64,000 bases of DNA, from contig NW_026250421.1 of assembly GCF_024521635.1 (NCBI RefSeq), positions 1 through 64,000 of the forward strand, given 5' to 3'. This DNA comes from Tricharina praecox. Taxonomy: Eukaryota. A program made the position numbers and the translations under genes. Of the stretch, positions 25,623 through 36,289 are shown one piece after another. Every line of letters starts with the position of its first letter. Positions within the stretch are counted from its first letter, which is position 1. The notes beneath the pieces were generated by a model. That model was not told where the DNA came from and searched no databases. It saw only the letters and a list, made by a program, of their open reading frames with translations.

Positions 25623-27443
25623 ATGCAGCTGCGGCAGTGCATCCTATTCGCGGCCGCGCTCCTGTTCCTCGAGTGTGTGGCCGCCGCCACCCTCCAGAAG
25701 CGGGACATCCCATTGCCGCCGACCTCCGCCGGCGGCGCGGACAAGACCTTGGGCTGGACGGACCGGCTTCGGCGGATATTCCTGCGGCCCTCTGGGGCGG
25801 CTCCGCGCGGACTACCGGCGGGCGAGCGCACGGTAGCGGGAGCGGGGCAACAGGCGTTCTCGCACAATCTCTCACGGTACGTCAATGACGTCGTGTTGCG
25901 GTTCAACATTACCGGGCGCGACGAGGCGCAGGCGATGGCCGAGGCGGTGAACATGCTGTACCTCGACGTGTGGTCGGCCACGAAGGACCACGTCGATATC
26001 CGCCTGCAACGCGGCACCGTGCCGCTGCTGCTCGATCTGCTGCCCGCCAGCATGCACGACTCCCATACCGCGCTGATGCATAACATCGCCCGCGAGGCGC
26101 TCGAGACGTACCCCGGCGGTATGCAGTCGCCGGTCCCGCATCCGTCGGTCACCAAAATGTTTGAGCCGATCGGGAAGGAAAAGGCAGAGGCCCTATTCTT
26201 TCAGGACTATCGTCCGCTCAAAGTCGCCGTCGCTTGGATGAAGCTGCTGGAGTCCCTGTTCCCCGCACATGTCGAGCTCATCACCATCGGCAAGAGCTTC
26301 GAGCAAAGGGACATCCATGCGCTAAAGGTGGGAACCGCCCATCCCGACGGGAAGCAGAAGAAGGCCGTCATCGTCACCGGCGCCGCGCACGCGCGGGAGT
26401 GGATCACCGTGTCGACCGTGTCGTATCTGGCCTACTCCATGATCACGGGCTTCAGTCGTGGCGATCGCGGGATCGACAACATGGTGAACCAGTTCGATTG
26501 GATCTTCCTTCCGACTCTGAATGTGGACGGGTTGGTTGCATCCGAACACCCCCTTTGGAGGATGGAAAAAAGAACCAGCGATTGACGGGGCTCGTTCAGA
26601 TATGCGTACACCTGGGAGCAGGATCGGCTGTGGAGGAAGAACAGACAGCCAACGTCGCTAGCGTTCTGCAAGGGAATCGATCTCGACAGGTAAGACGGGT
26701 GCCGTATCCATCCGCTCCCGAAACTTACACGTTTACCAGAGCGTACAACTTCCACTTTGACGACTCGCCGCAATCGTCGTCAAATCCGTGTAGCGAGAGT
26801 ACGTTCCTCACCGTTGTACACGTACACCCCTTCGCCGTCACACAGCGATACTGACATGTCTCAGTGTTCCCCGGCGGCTTCCCGTTCCAGGCAAAAGAGG
26901 CAAAGGTGTTTGCCCACTGGGCGGAAAAGCTCCTCAAGAACGGCACCAAGATCGTCGGGTTGCTCGATCTGCACTCGTACTCGCAGCAAAGTACGTGTCC
27001 CTGTTGTTGCTGTCGTACGGAATCTCATGACCTCTGACCACTGCCTAGTCCTGTACCCGTACTCCTACTCCTGCGACGTACCACCGCCCGACCTCGAAAA
27101 CCTCGAGGAGCTCGGCATGGGGCTAGCCAAAGCGATCCGCCTGCGATCCGGCGAGCACTACGAGGTGACGTCTGCCTGCTCTGGCACCGGCTTCGCCGGG
27201 CTGATCCCGGGCACGACGGGCAGTGGCAGCATGCTAGACTACTTCTACGGGAAGCTCCACGTCCCATTCACTTACCAGATCAAGCTGCGCGATACCGGCT
27301 CCCATGGCTTTCTCCTGCCAAAGGAGAATATCGTCCCGACTGGTGAGGAAATGTTTAGTATGCTCAAGTACTTTTCCCAGTTCCTCCTCGATGATGGGAG
27401 TCCTACCCTGGCGAAGGCGGCGAAGGCTGCGGATGAGCTGTGA
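25623..27443 (+). CDS. ECM14: M14 metallocarboxypeptidase-like protein Ecm14 (probably catalytically inactive)
   Basis: Signal peptide and pro-domain. Motifs HAREW, WRKNR, GIDLDR and DLHSYSQ. YQIKLRD has Lys at the catalytic Glu position, as in Ecm14. Four introns traced in frame. Confidence 0.9.
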
Positions 27444-28086
27444 GCTGTGAGCTGTGATGATGTGGAAATTTTGGGGGTGGGAGTTGTGCTTGCTTGCTTT
27501 TTGTTTGATTGTCTGCGCTGAGTCACTTGTGGACGCCATCGTCCCCCCCTCCTCTCACAAACTTGGGGATGTGAATGTGGACGGAGATTGAGATTGAGAT
27601 TGAGATTGTTTTTTTTATTATCCCCGTGTACTTCACTTTCACTTTCCGTGCATTTATGAAGGACAACCATCACCCCCATCCTTGGCTGACGATGAATGCG
27701 GAGTTTTGCTTTGGGGGTGCGCTCATGTAACTATCGCGCAATTGTTGATTCCAATCTACCTAATTGAATCTCGATACTTGTTGGACTTGCTGGTCTTGTG
27801 TAGTCGGATCATGATTTGTCAATCGTGTGGTGGAACCGATTCGCTCTTGATAGTGTTTAGCTATAAGGGTCTACGAGCTAGAACTTAGGCGTCAGGCTCA
27901 CCAAATATGGGCACGAATCGCCGTCTGATGGGAGAAACACCATCTTCATCGTCACCGCTACCGATCACCACTGAATATCACTCGCAACATACCCTCCTCC
28001 CCTCCACCCCCCTCAAGTCCAGACCTGCTGGATTCCAGGTACCACTGCATAAACAACCTCACCTCCGCCCATCACTTAGCCCAGCA

Positions 28087-28653
28087 TCACCACTTCAACC
28101 TCCTCCACCACCTCCCGCCCTTCCCCCCCACCTTCCCACCCATCCCACCCTCCGTCTCAAACGCCGGGTTATAATGCAGTGGCTCTCCCCTCCTCCTACG
28201 TTCATTCTTCTGCGTATTACTAATCCTAGGCGTGTACGCCTCTCCATAGTACTCCCTGGCCTCGTGCTCGTTCAAATACCTTAAGATATCATAATCCGAG
28301 TCCCTCGTCATCGCGGCATCCCTCGCGCCCGTGGTCGCGCCCTCAACCTTGATCTTCCCGCCGGCGGCCTCGAACGCCGCGTATGAGGACCGCAGTGTGT
28401 GGTTCTCGAAGTCGGCGAGGTACACGGTGATCCGGCACGCCGAGATGGGAGCGGAGAGGAGGTGGGATAGACACAGTGTGTCGATACCCGCCGCCGGGCC
28501 CATGATGAAGTTGTGGGATTGAGAGACTGCGAGCTGGAGAAAGGGGAGGTAGTGGGTTTCGAAGAAGTGCGCGGGTGGCGTTATGGGCCCGGAGATGAAC
28601 GCGGTAAGCGGCGGCGGCGGTGGGGCGGGCGCGGCAGAGGCGGGGGTGGGCAT
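28087..28653 (-). CDS. Intronless hypothetical protein, SLOG/YspA-like Rossmannoid fold
   Basis: ATG at 28653, 188 aa. Contains TAFISGP, NFIMGPAAGIDT, ITVY and RDAAMTRDSDYDI, an order of motifs resembling the SLOG superfamily. Confidence 0.7.
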   Translation of the reverse strand: MPTPASAAPAPPPPPLTAFISGPITPPAHFFETHYLPFLQLAVSQSHNFIMGPAAGIDTLCLSHLLSAPISACRITVYLADFENHTLRSSYAAFEAAGGKIKVEGATTGARDAAMTRDSDYDILRYLNEHEAREYYGEAYTPRISNTQKNERRRRGEPLHYNPAFETEGGMGGKVGGKGGRWWRRLKW

Positions 28654-28949
28654 GGTTTGTGGTTTGTGGCGTGCGCGAATGGAGCTTCGTAGGGCTGATG
28701 GTTGTAGATACATAGCGTAAGGGTTAATGGAGCGCCGCAGCCTGCAGGGCTGATGGTTTTCCCACGCTCGCTCGCTCGTTCGGTTGCTGCCTGCCGGGGC
28801 GCTATGCAGACTCACAGTGTGCGTCCGCCTGTGATGCCACGTGATTGCGTGCCTGAACCAGGACGGAGACGGGCTCACTCGTGCTGGTAAACCTTTACAT
28901 CACACATCACACACTACACACTTGACATCATACATCACGATTCACGACG

Positions 28950-29475
28950 ATGAGCTACGATCCCAACGCTGGTTACCGCGCGCTGCAAGGTGGCATCCCC
29001 CTGCCCGCCTCCCCCGCTACGACGTACTACAACCATACTAACCCCCTCCCGCTCCAGGCCGCGTAAACGCCGACACCGAGACCCTCTTGAAGCGGTTCGA
29101 GAACATCGCGATGCTGGCACCGGTCCTCCCCCCTCCCCCTTCCCCCTCCCCACATATTCCCCTCCGCTCTCCAACTAACACCCCCCGCAGGTTGAAAACA
29201 AAGACAAAACCATCGCGGCAGCAGAAGCGTACCAGATCGAGACGCACGCGTCGTCGATGATCCGGGCGGCGGAGGACCTAGTGGCGCTGACGCGGCAGCT
29301 GAAGGAGGCGTGGTTGTTTGGGCAGCTTGGCGGCGGGTTTGAGGGCGGCACTACGGGGGCCGATGCCGATGCGGTGGTCGTGGGCGAGATGCTAAGGAGG
29401 AGGGGGACGGAGAGGGTTGATAGTGAGGTGGTAAAGGAAAAGGAGGGGGGAAGGGAGGTGGTTATGGAAGGTTGA
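28950..29475 (+). CDS. MED22: Mediator subunit Med22 (Srb6/Surf5)
   Basis: Exons 28950-28989, 29058-29122 and 29191-29475 give LLKRFENI...AYQIETHASSMIRAAEDLVALTRQLKEAWLFG. Both introns have ACTAAC branch points. Confidence 0.88.
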
Positions 29476-29507
29476 ATCAAGTACCAACGTGAAATGACCG
29501 GACCGTG

Positions 29508-29513
29508 ACGCGT
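29508..29513. promoter_or_regulatory. MCB-like element (ACGCGT) upstream of DFR1
   Basis: Exact ACGCGT about 150 bp upstream of the DHFR ATG. MCB control of nucleotide-synthesis genes is established in yeasts, but a single 6-mer is weak evidence. Confidence 0.35.
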
Positions 29514-29659
29514 GGAGTTATTGGCCGTGTAAAGTACATTGACGAACGGCGGCGGCGGCATCGTTGAACACCGCACGCCGCAGAGCCCCACCCCACCATA
29601 CACCCCACCATCCTTCCCCATCCGCCACCACCTCCACCACCACCTCCCATCACGCAACA

Positions 29660-30304
29660 ATGACCACGCCCAAACCACTCACCCTCATCGTCGCGGCCAC
29701 GGGCGCGCCCACGCTCGGCATCGGCCGCAACGGCGCGCTGCCCTGGCGGCTAAAATCGGAACTCTCCTACTTCGCGCGGGTGACGAAGCGGCTCCCCGGT
29801 GGGTCCGCCAATACAGCGAGCACGGCCCAGAACGCCGTGATCATGGGCCGCAAGACGTGGTTCTCGATACCGCCACGGTTCCGTCCGCTGCCGGGGCGGA
29901 TCAACGTCGTTCTCTCGCGCGATGCGGCGCTGGACCTTGGTGTGCCCGGCGGTGCTGGCGCGGGCGCAACCACCGCCACGTCGGTGGACGATGCGCTCGC
30001 AAAGTTGGTGGAGCGCGGCGAGGCCGTCGGTACGGTTTTCGTTATCGGCGGTGCGGAGGTCTACAAGGCGGCGCTGCTGCACCCGCTCGCGCAGAATGTG
30101 CTCCTCACTAGGATCGATACGGAGTTTGAGGTGGACACGATTTTCCCCGTGCAGTTGACGGCCGAGGGGAGTGGGTGGGCGAAGGCGAGCTGGGAGGCGC
30201 TGTGTAAATTTGTGGGCGAGGAGGTGCCGAAGGGCGTGCAGAAGGAGGAAGGGGTGAAGTTTGAGTACGAGTTGTGGCAGAAGCAGAAGGCAGATGATGA
30301 GTAG
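29660..30304 (+). CDS. DFR1: Dihydrofolate reductase
   Basis: LTLIVAA..GIGRNGALPWRLKSELSYFARVT, NAVIMGRKTWFSIP..RPLPGRINVVLSR, FVIGGAEVY. Intronless, 214 aa from ATG 29660. Confidence 0.97.
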   Translation: MTTPKPLTLIVAATGAPTLGIGRNGALPWRLKSELSYFARVTKRLPGGSANTASTAQNAVIMGRKTWFSIPPRFRPLPGRINVVLSRDAALDLGVPGGAGAGATTATSVDDALAKLVERGEAVGTVFVIGGAEVYKAALLHPLAQNVLLTRIDTEFEVDTIFPVQLTAEGSGWAKASWEALCKFVGEEVPKGVQKEEGVKFEYELWQKQKADDE

Positions 30305-30471
30305 CATATGTAGCGATGGATCATGGCCTCACGAGAACGAATCAACCCAGATGCAAGCTGGAATTACATATGGCAGTCTGGTCTGTAAAAAAATAATCAC
30401 TCCCGAAAATGAACGTAGAATGGAATGAACGCTCGCTATGGTTATACACATTTATCCCACTTTCCGCTCCA

Positions 30472-31417
30472 TCAACGGACGTACTTATTCTACACGAGTT
30501 GGTCAGTCGATGGTAGCCAGCGGTAAAGGAATCCAGGATCGAACTCACCATAAACTTCTTGTGAAAGTCGGATCTCAAGAGATCGTTGACAAACTCCTTC
30601 TTCTTGCCCCTCTCATCCGTACCGCGCGCTTGGTTCTTGAAGATGACGTCGTCATCCCATCTCCGCTTAACGTTGAAGTCCGCCGCAGATTTCGGGTTCA
30701 GCAGCGGGTTTCCTCTGGCGATATCGAACTCCTTCTGTGCTTCTTCGGCCTCTTGTTTCTCCCGCTCCTACCACGTGCCACCGTGTCAGCATCGCCATCC
30801 CCTGTCACAACAGTCATCCCACCAGGAAAACAAACCTCCTTCTCCCTCTGCTCCGCACGCTCTCTCTTGATCTTCTCCAACTCCCTCAGCAGCTCCGCAG
30901 TTTCATCCTCCTCGTCATCACTGTCCTCCTCCTCCTCACTACTGCTATCACCATCACCATCGCCGCCCCCGCCCTCGCCATCCGAGTCCGCATCAATATC
31001 CCTCGTCTCCTCCAGGATCTTCCTCCGTTTGACCTCTAGATCGGCCTCAGCCCCGCCCTCACCATTCTCGTCGACCGGCGCATTCTCGAGCGCACGCTTA
31101 TTAGACGGGCTAGCAACACCGCCGTCCTTCTCCTCCACGCTCTTCCCCTTCCCTCCCCTTTTCGCGATCGCGGCCGCCTCGGCGACCAGTAGCTCGGCGC
31201 GTAGGTCGCGGACTTCGCTGTCGGCTGCTCCGCCCTGCCCCGGCTGGCGCGTCTTCAGCTTCGTGTGCGCGGGTAGCAGGCGTTGGTGGTACGCGGGCCC
31301 TTTGGGAAGCTCTTTGCCGCGCGCTGGGTCGAAGGTCGGTCTGCACGGTGGATGGGTCAGCGGGTTTGTGCAAAAATGAATAGATGGGTGGGTGGGTTAC
31401 CTGTGGGCTGTAGTCAT
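30472..31417 (-). CDS. CWC15: Pre-mRNA splicing factor Cwc15/Cwf15
   Basis: [15 protein letters not shown]...[15 protein letters not shown], acidic linker [18 protein letters not shown], then [16 protein letters not shown]...[20 protein letters not shown]. Three introns. Confidence 0.95.
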
Positions 31418-31738
31418 TGTTGCAAAGGTTACTGGTTGTGGTGTTGGTGGTTGTGGTGGGCTGTCTTAGGAAATCTAGTGGTCGATGGTGGTGGTTGTGT
31501 TGGTGGTTGCTGCTGTCGTAATTATGTGTCTGTCCTTCCGTCTTTCTGCCTGTCTGTCGCGAAAGGAAAGATCCCCTTCTTGACGGCTTTCCTCGCGTGC
31601 AGCGTGCGGCTGGCTTATGTAACACCGCAGTGCCACTAGCACCCTAGCTTTCCCTTAGCGGGAGCGAAACGAAATGGGTAGCATGTATAGTGGGACACCT
31701 CCGTCCACCACCACCACCGTCAACCACCACAATTCACA

Positions 31739-32713
31739 ATGCCAAAAGAGCTCGACCCCTCCACAAACGAAAAGCTCTTCATCCTCGATGCGCTAAAACA
31801 GGGACACCGCCTCGATGGCCGCGATTTCGACTCCTTCCGCCCCCTGGAACTCACGTTCGGTCGCGAATACGGCCTCGCCGATGTGCGACTTGGGAAAACA
31901 CGGTACCGCCCCTCAGAACCACGCATCTCCTCCGGCTGGTATAGTTGGCGACTAACACAGCCGGCCTGCAGAGTTCTAGCGCGAGTCTCAGCGGACGTCG
32001 TCCAGCCCTTCTCGGACCGGCCCTTCGAAGGGATCTTCACAATCACGACGGAGCTCGGTCCGATGGCCTCACCGGCCTTCGAGACGGGACGATCGACGGA
32101 GCAAGAAGTGCTTCTAGCACGTTTGATCGAGAAGTCCATCCGGCGATCCAACGCGATCGACACAGAGTCGCTCTGCATCGTAGCGGGGCAGCGGTGCTGG
32201 CACGTCCGGGCGGACGTGCACTTCCTGAACCACGACGGGGGGCTGGTGGATGCGGCGTGCATCGCGGTCGTCGCCGCGCTGCAGCACTTCCGCCGCCCCG
32301 ATGTCAGTGTCGACGGCGAGCGCGTCACCATACATACCCTTGCCGAGCGCGTCCCCGTCCCGCTGTCGATTCTCCACGTGCCGATCTGCGTGACGTTTTC
32401 GTTTTTTGAGGGGGAGAAGATGGAGGACGCTGAGGAGGGCGAGCCGCTGTTTCTGATTGATGCTGCGCTGCAGGAGGAGCAGCTGAGGGATGGCGATATG
32501 ACGGTTACTCTGAACAAGTTTGGTGAGGTCTGTCAGGTTGCGAAGGCGGGTGGATTGCCTATTGAGGCCGTGGCCCTGCATAGGTGCATGCGTAAGGCGC
32601 TGGTCAAGGTGGAGGAGATTACGGCGTTTATTGCGAAGAGGCTCAAGGAGGATCACGACGAGAGGGTCAGGAGGGATAACCTTCTGGAAAGTACGGCCGA
32701 AAATGAACGGTAG
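31739..32713 (+). CDS. RRP45: Exosome core subunit Rrp45 (RNase PH family)
   Basis: RLDGRDFDSFR, IRRSNAIDTESLCIVAG, HFLNHDGGLVDAACIA, ALQHFRRPDV. One 69-nt intron at 31903-31971. Confidence 0.95.
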   Translation: MPKELDPSTNEKLFILDALKQGHRLDGRDFDSFRPLELTFGREYGLADVRLGKTRYRPSEPRISSGWYSWRLTQPACRVLARVSADVVQPFSDRPFEGIFTITTELGPMASPAFETGRSTEQEVLLARLIEKSIRRSNAIDTESLCIVAGQRCWHVRADVHFLNHDGGLVDAACIAVVAALQHFRRPDVSVDGERVTIHTLAERVPVPLSILHVPICVTFSFFEGEKMEDAEEGEPLFLIDAALQEEQLRDGDMTVTLNKFGEVCQVAKAGGLPIEAVALHRCMRKALVKVEEITAFIAKRLKEDHDERVRRDNLLESTAENER

Positions 32714-32744
32714 ATCACCATAAATGACCATGGCGCGAGTGAGA

Positions 32745-32745
<1 letters not shown>

Positions 32746-32790
<45 letters not shown>
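32746..32790. repeat. (CA)n microsatellite
   Basis: About 22 perfect CA units just downstream of RRP45. Confidence 0.95.
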
Positions 32791-32792
<2 letters not shown>

Positions 32793-33045
32793 ACAAGTCA
32801 CGATCACCAGCACATTGCTCTACAATCCCCTCCATCTCTATTGCAATCTAAACCTAGCCCGCCGCTGCTATCAAAGGGGATATCAAATGGACAAACGAAT
32901 ACAGGAACCAGTGAAGGTGAATTTGCTGGCGAGGGAATAAACAAAGAAGACGCCAATGCTATGCCCAGATGCATTAACATTATAACCAAAGACAAAATGC
33001 ATACTGAATCCTACCCGCCTAGCCCATGCTGCCTCATCCCCGCTC

Positions 33046-36000
33046 TCATGTTGCTCGACCCTCGTGCACTTCCTTAAGATACTTTACAAACGCCTTCTTG
33101 TGAACCTGCGGGCAAGAACTATATTAGCAATGGGAATACTCCAGAAACTAGGAATAGCCACAATAACATACCACGCCAGCAAACTTGCCATCCCGTAGGA
33201 CACAGAGATACCTGAGCCCCAGCTTGGCGAAGCACTCATATACCAGGTCCATGGGAGAATTCCTCTCGAGGGCCATGGGGGCAGGATCAATGTACGGGGT
33301 AAAGTCCGTAGGATCCTTGACAGAGCCATCCTCATCGGAAGACAAGTAATCGTCTCTAGGGGCCATCAAGCAGAACTCGTCTTCCTCCTCACTCAGCCTA
33401 TCGAGGCCGTACTCCAGATCGGGAGCGGGGATCAAGCCGACCAGGACTCCGTCGCGGAGGATGGGAAGCCCACCGTCGAGTTGGCCGGCTGATTGCAGGA
33501 GCTTCAGCTTTGCGCGGAGCTCGCTGGCGATGATTAGGGAGGACTCTGAGATGTCGATTACTCGATCCATTTTGAGACGTGGACAGATGTCGGCCAGGTG
33601 CGATGAGAATACCGGTTTGGACTTGGTGTCCAGGTAGGGATACGAGTTCAGGTCGGTCAGGAGGTCCTAGCGGAAAGATTGTTAGCACCGAATGGCCTCG
33701 AAAAACCTCACAGCAAGACTTACATAGATACTCAACGGCTCAATCGCATCAGCAGTCCACTTGGAGACAAGAACAGCCAACGAAAACGGCAGGACGTGAT
33801 CCAAACTTCCCGTCAACTCGAACAGGATTACCGCAAGAGTAACGGAGAGTCGAGTGACTCCACACATCACAGCTCCAGCACACACCATCGCGTAGACTCC
33901 AGGGACGACGCACTTGCTAGGCGTATCGACTCCACACGAAGCGAATATGGCCGAGTCCGGGAAAATGTAGTAAGCATACTCGACGGTCAGTCCCACAGCG
34001 TGCCCCATGATACCACCGATCACCATGGTGGGAACGTAGACACCGGCCGGGACTTTCGTTCCGAACGTGATGACGCTTCTTGACGTTAGAAAAGACCCAA
34101 GGAAGGATGAAAGGTCACATACGTCAGGAAACTCTTCAGAGCAAGGGCAATCAGGAGGTAAATGATAGTGCCGGGTATCTCATCGGGCTTTGGGCAGAGT
34201 CCCGAGTTCTCCGAAGGGTTTGCAGAGCAGGGACTAGCAAGTTCAAACAACAGCTCACTGACTGCCAACCTCACATATCGGTTCCAATACGAAAGGAGAC
34301 CGGTGATCAGAGCCACGAAAGCCAGCTCCCAGACTGGGTGAGACTTCACCAACTTGTTTTTCCTGAAGGTCGTTGCCCAGTACTTGCTAGCCTTGATGAA
34401 CATGGCACCGTAGACTCCACCACAGACACCGAGGAAGACGAAGACGAACAGCTCGAAGAAATGCCAGTCTGTGACGTAACGGACTTGGAACAGTACAATC
34501 TTTGATGTTCCATAGGGATTCAGGAACTTCAGAGACAGTGCAGCCACGATACAGCAAAAGAATGTTCGGAAAAGCGTCTTCGCCGGGAAGTAGTAACTGC
34601 CACGGCTTTTAGCATGGAACAACTGGCGGTGAAGCACACTACCCACCTCACTTCCTCCAAACTGAACAGGACACCTCCGATGGGCGCACCAAAAGCGACA
34701 GCCACTCCACTTGCTGCACTCGCACTGAGGATCTCTCGTCGTTTTGCTACGTATCGATGAGCCACCGCATGAAGACACAGTTAGGGGGTTTTTATATACC
34801 GTCATTGTGGTTGTATTTGGAGAACAATCGACAGGCAATATTACCAACACAGGTAGCGATATGGACAAAGGGTCTATAGACGTCAGGAACAGCCGCACAC
34901 ACACAAGACGTACTGATACTGACCCTTCTTTGCCCAAGCTCATGCCGGAAGACACACTCAGGATCAAGGCGAAAGTTTTGACTACCAGAGTCTTCAAGCC
35001 AAGATATCCATGGAGAACGAATCCGGACAGAATAACTTTGACTTCCGCAACTCCACTGCCAGCGGCTGAGTAATAACTAATAGGCTCGGACATGACTGGT
35101 TCGCGAACAGTTGACGAATCCGAGCTATTCGGAGGAGCGTTGATCTGCGACAGGTCCTCATCCACCGTATGGATTTGGAGCGCACCCGGGAGCACTGTCC
35201 GGGTGGTCATGGTGAGGAGCGATGCCAGAGTCGCCAAAAACACGGTGAGAAAAACATATACGGCAAAGTCTATCCATTCCACGGGTGTTTCGGAACCGGC
35301 GATGAGTTTTGACCAGTGGTTCCACATGGGACAGAATTCGTTCGCTGCATCCACATTAGCAGGTTTCACCGGGCACTAAGGTTAAAGGTTTCCACGAACA
35401 GTCCTCGCTCAAGCAGCATTTCCTCTTGCTGTAATACCATGCATCTGTAGCGCAACTGTTAGCGGTGTGTGTCGAAGACAGGGATCGAGACGTCTTTCGC
35501 GCGTACTCGTGCAATATCCATCTTTGTAATCGAAAAGGACATTCTCCGTGACGTCCACAAAGAATGCCACGCAAGCCGTCAAGAAACCAATGATCGCCAC
35601 CAGAATCCAGCCCTGCGCGCCGTCGAACCAAGCCCAGAGCTTTCCCCGGATATCCTGTCTTGCTCGTAGCGCCTTGACGCGATAGGCGTCTTTGATCGCA
35701 TCGTTAATCCAGTCTAGGGCGTGTGAGTAACTTTATCCGTGCGATGGGGGGGGAGCACCGCGCCACGCACCCGTCGAAGTAAACTGATCGTACCACACGC
35801 GGTCTTCCAAGTACGGCTCGTCGCGCTTGTTTTTGAGGTCATACGACGAGAGGGCTTTCGTGAGGCGCTGGGTAAACGACGGCGCTCTACTAGCCCGTGC
35901 CGCCATGGGACCCAAGTTGGAGGACTGGTGACGTGATAACCGTGGACGCGGAGTGCCCGGCACAGACGAGTAGCTTCGACGATTGATAACATCGCTGGCA

Positions 36001-36158
36001 CTCAGCAAGCCAGTGTTCTCGTCCGGATCGTGCTGGCTGTTTTGACTCCTATAACTCTTCTGCGATAAGCCAGACGGTCGGCGCCGATGGTGCCGGCCGG
36101 CGTGGACATCCGGGGGCGACGTCTCGCGGGACAAAGCCGATCCGCCTCCGTCGTCCAT
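33046..36158 (-). CDS. CLC family chloride channel / Cl-H+ antiporter with CBS domains (Gef1/ClcA-like)
   Basis: Ten exons traced in frame. CLC motifs [35 protein letters not shown] and VILFELTG. C-terminal CBS pair, ending [19 protein letters not shown]. Confidence 0.93.
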
Positions 36159-36240
36159 AGGTCCGTCCGTCGGTGACGTTACGTGCGAGCGAGGTGGGGT
36201 CGACGGGAGGGGTTTGAGCGTGGCTGGCTGGCCGGCTGGG

Positions 36241-36289
36241 TGACTGACTGACTGACTGACTGACTGACTGACTGACTGACTGACTGACT
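36241..36289. repeat. (TGAC)n tetranucleotide microsatellite
   Basis: About 12 perfect TGAC units upstream of the CLC start codon. Confidence 0.95.

Noticed and set aside
30438..31379. 313-aa plus-strand Ser-rich ORF
   Set aside because: It is antisense to CWC15, and its composition mirrors the acidic coding strand.
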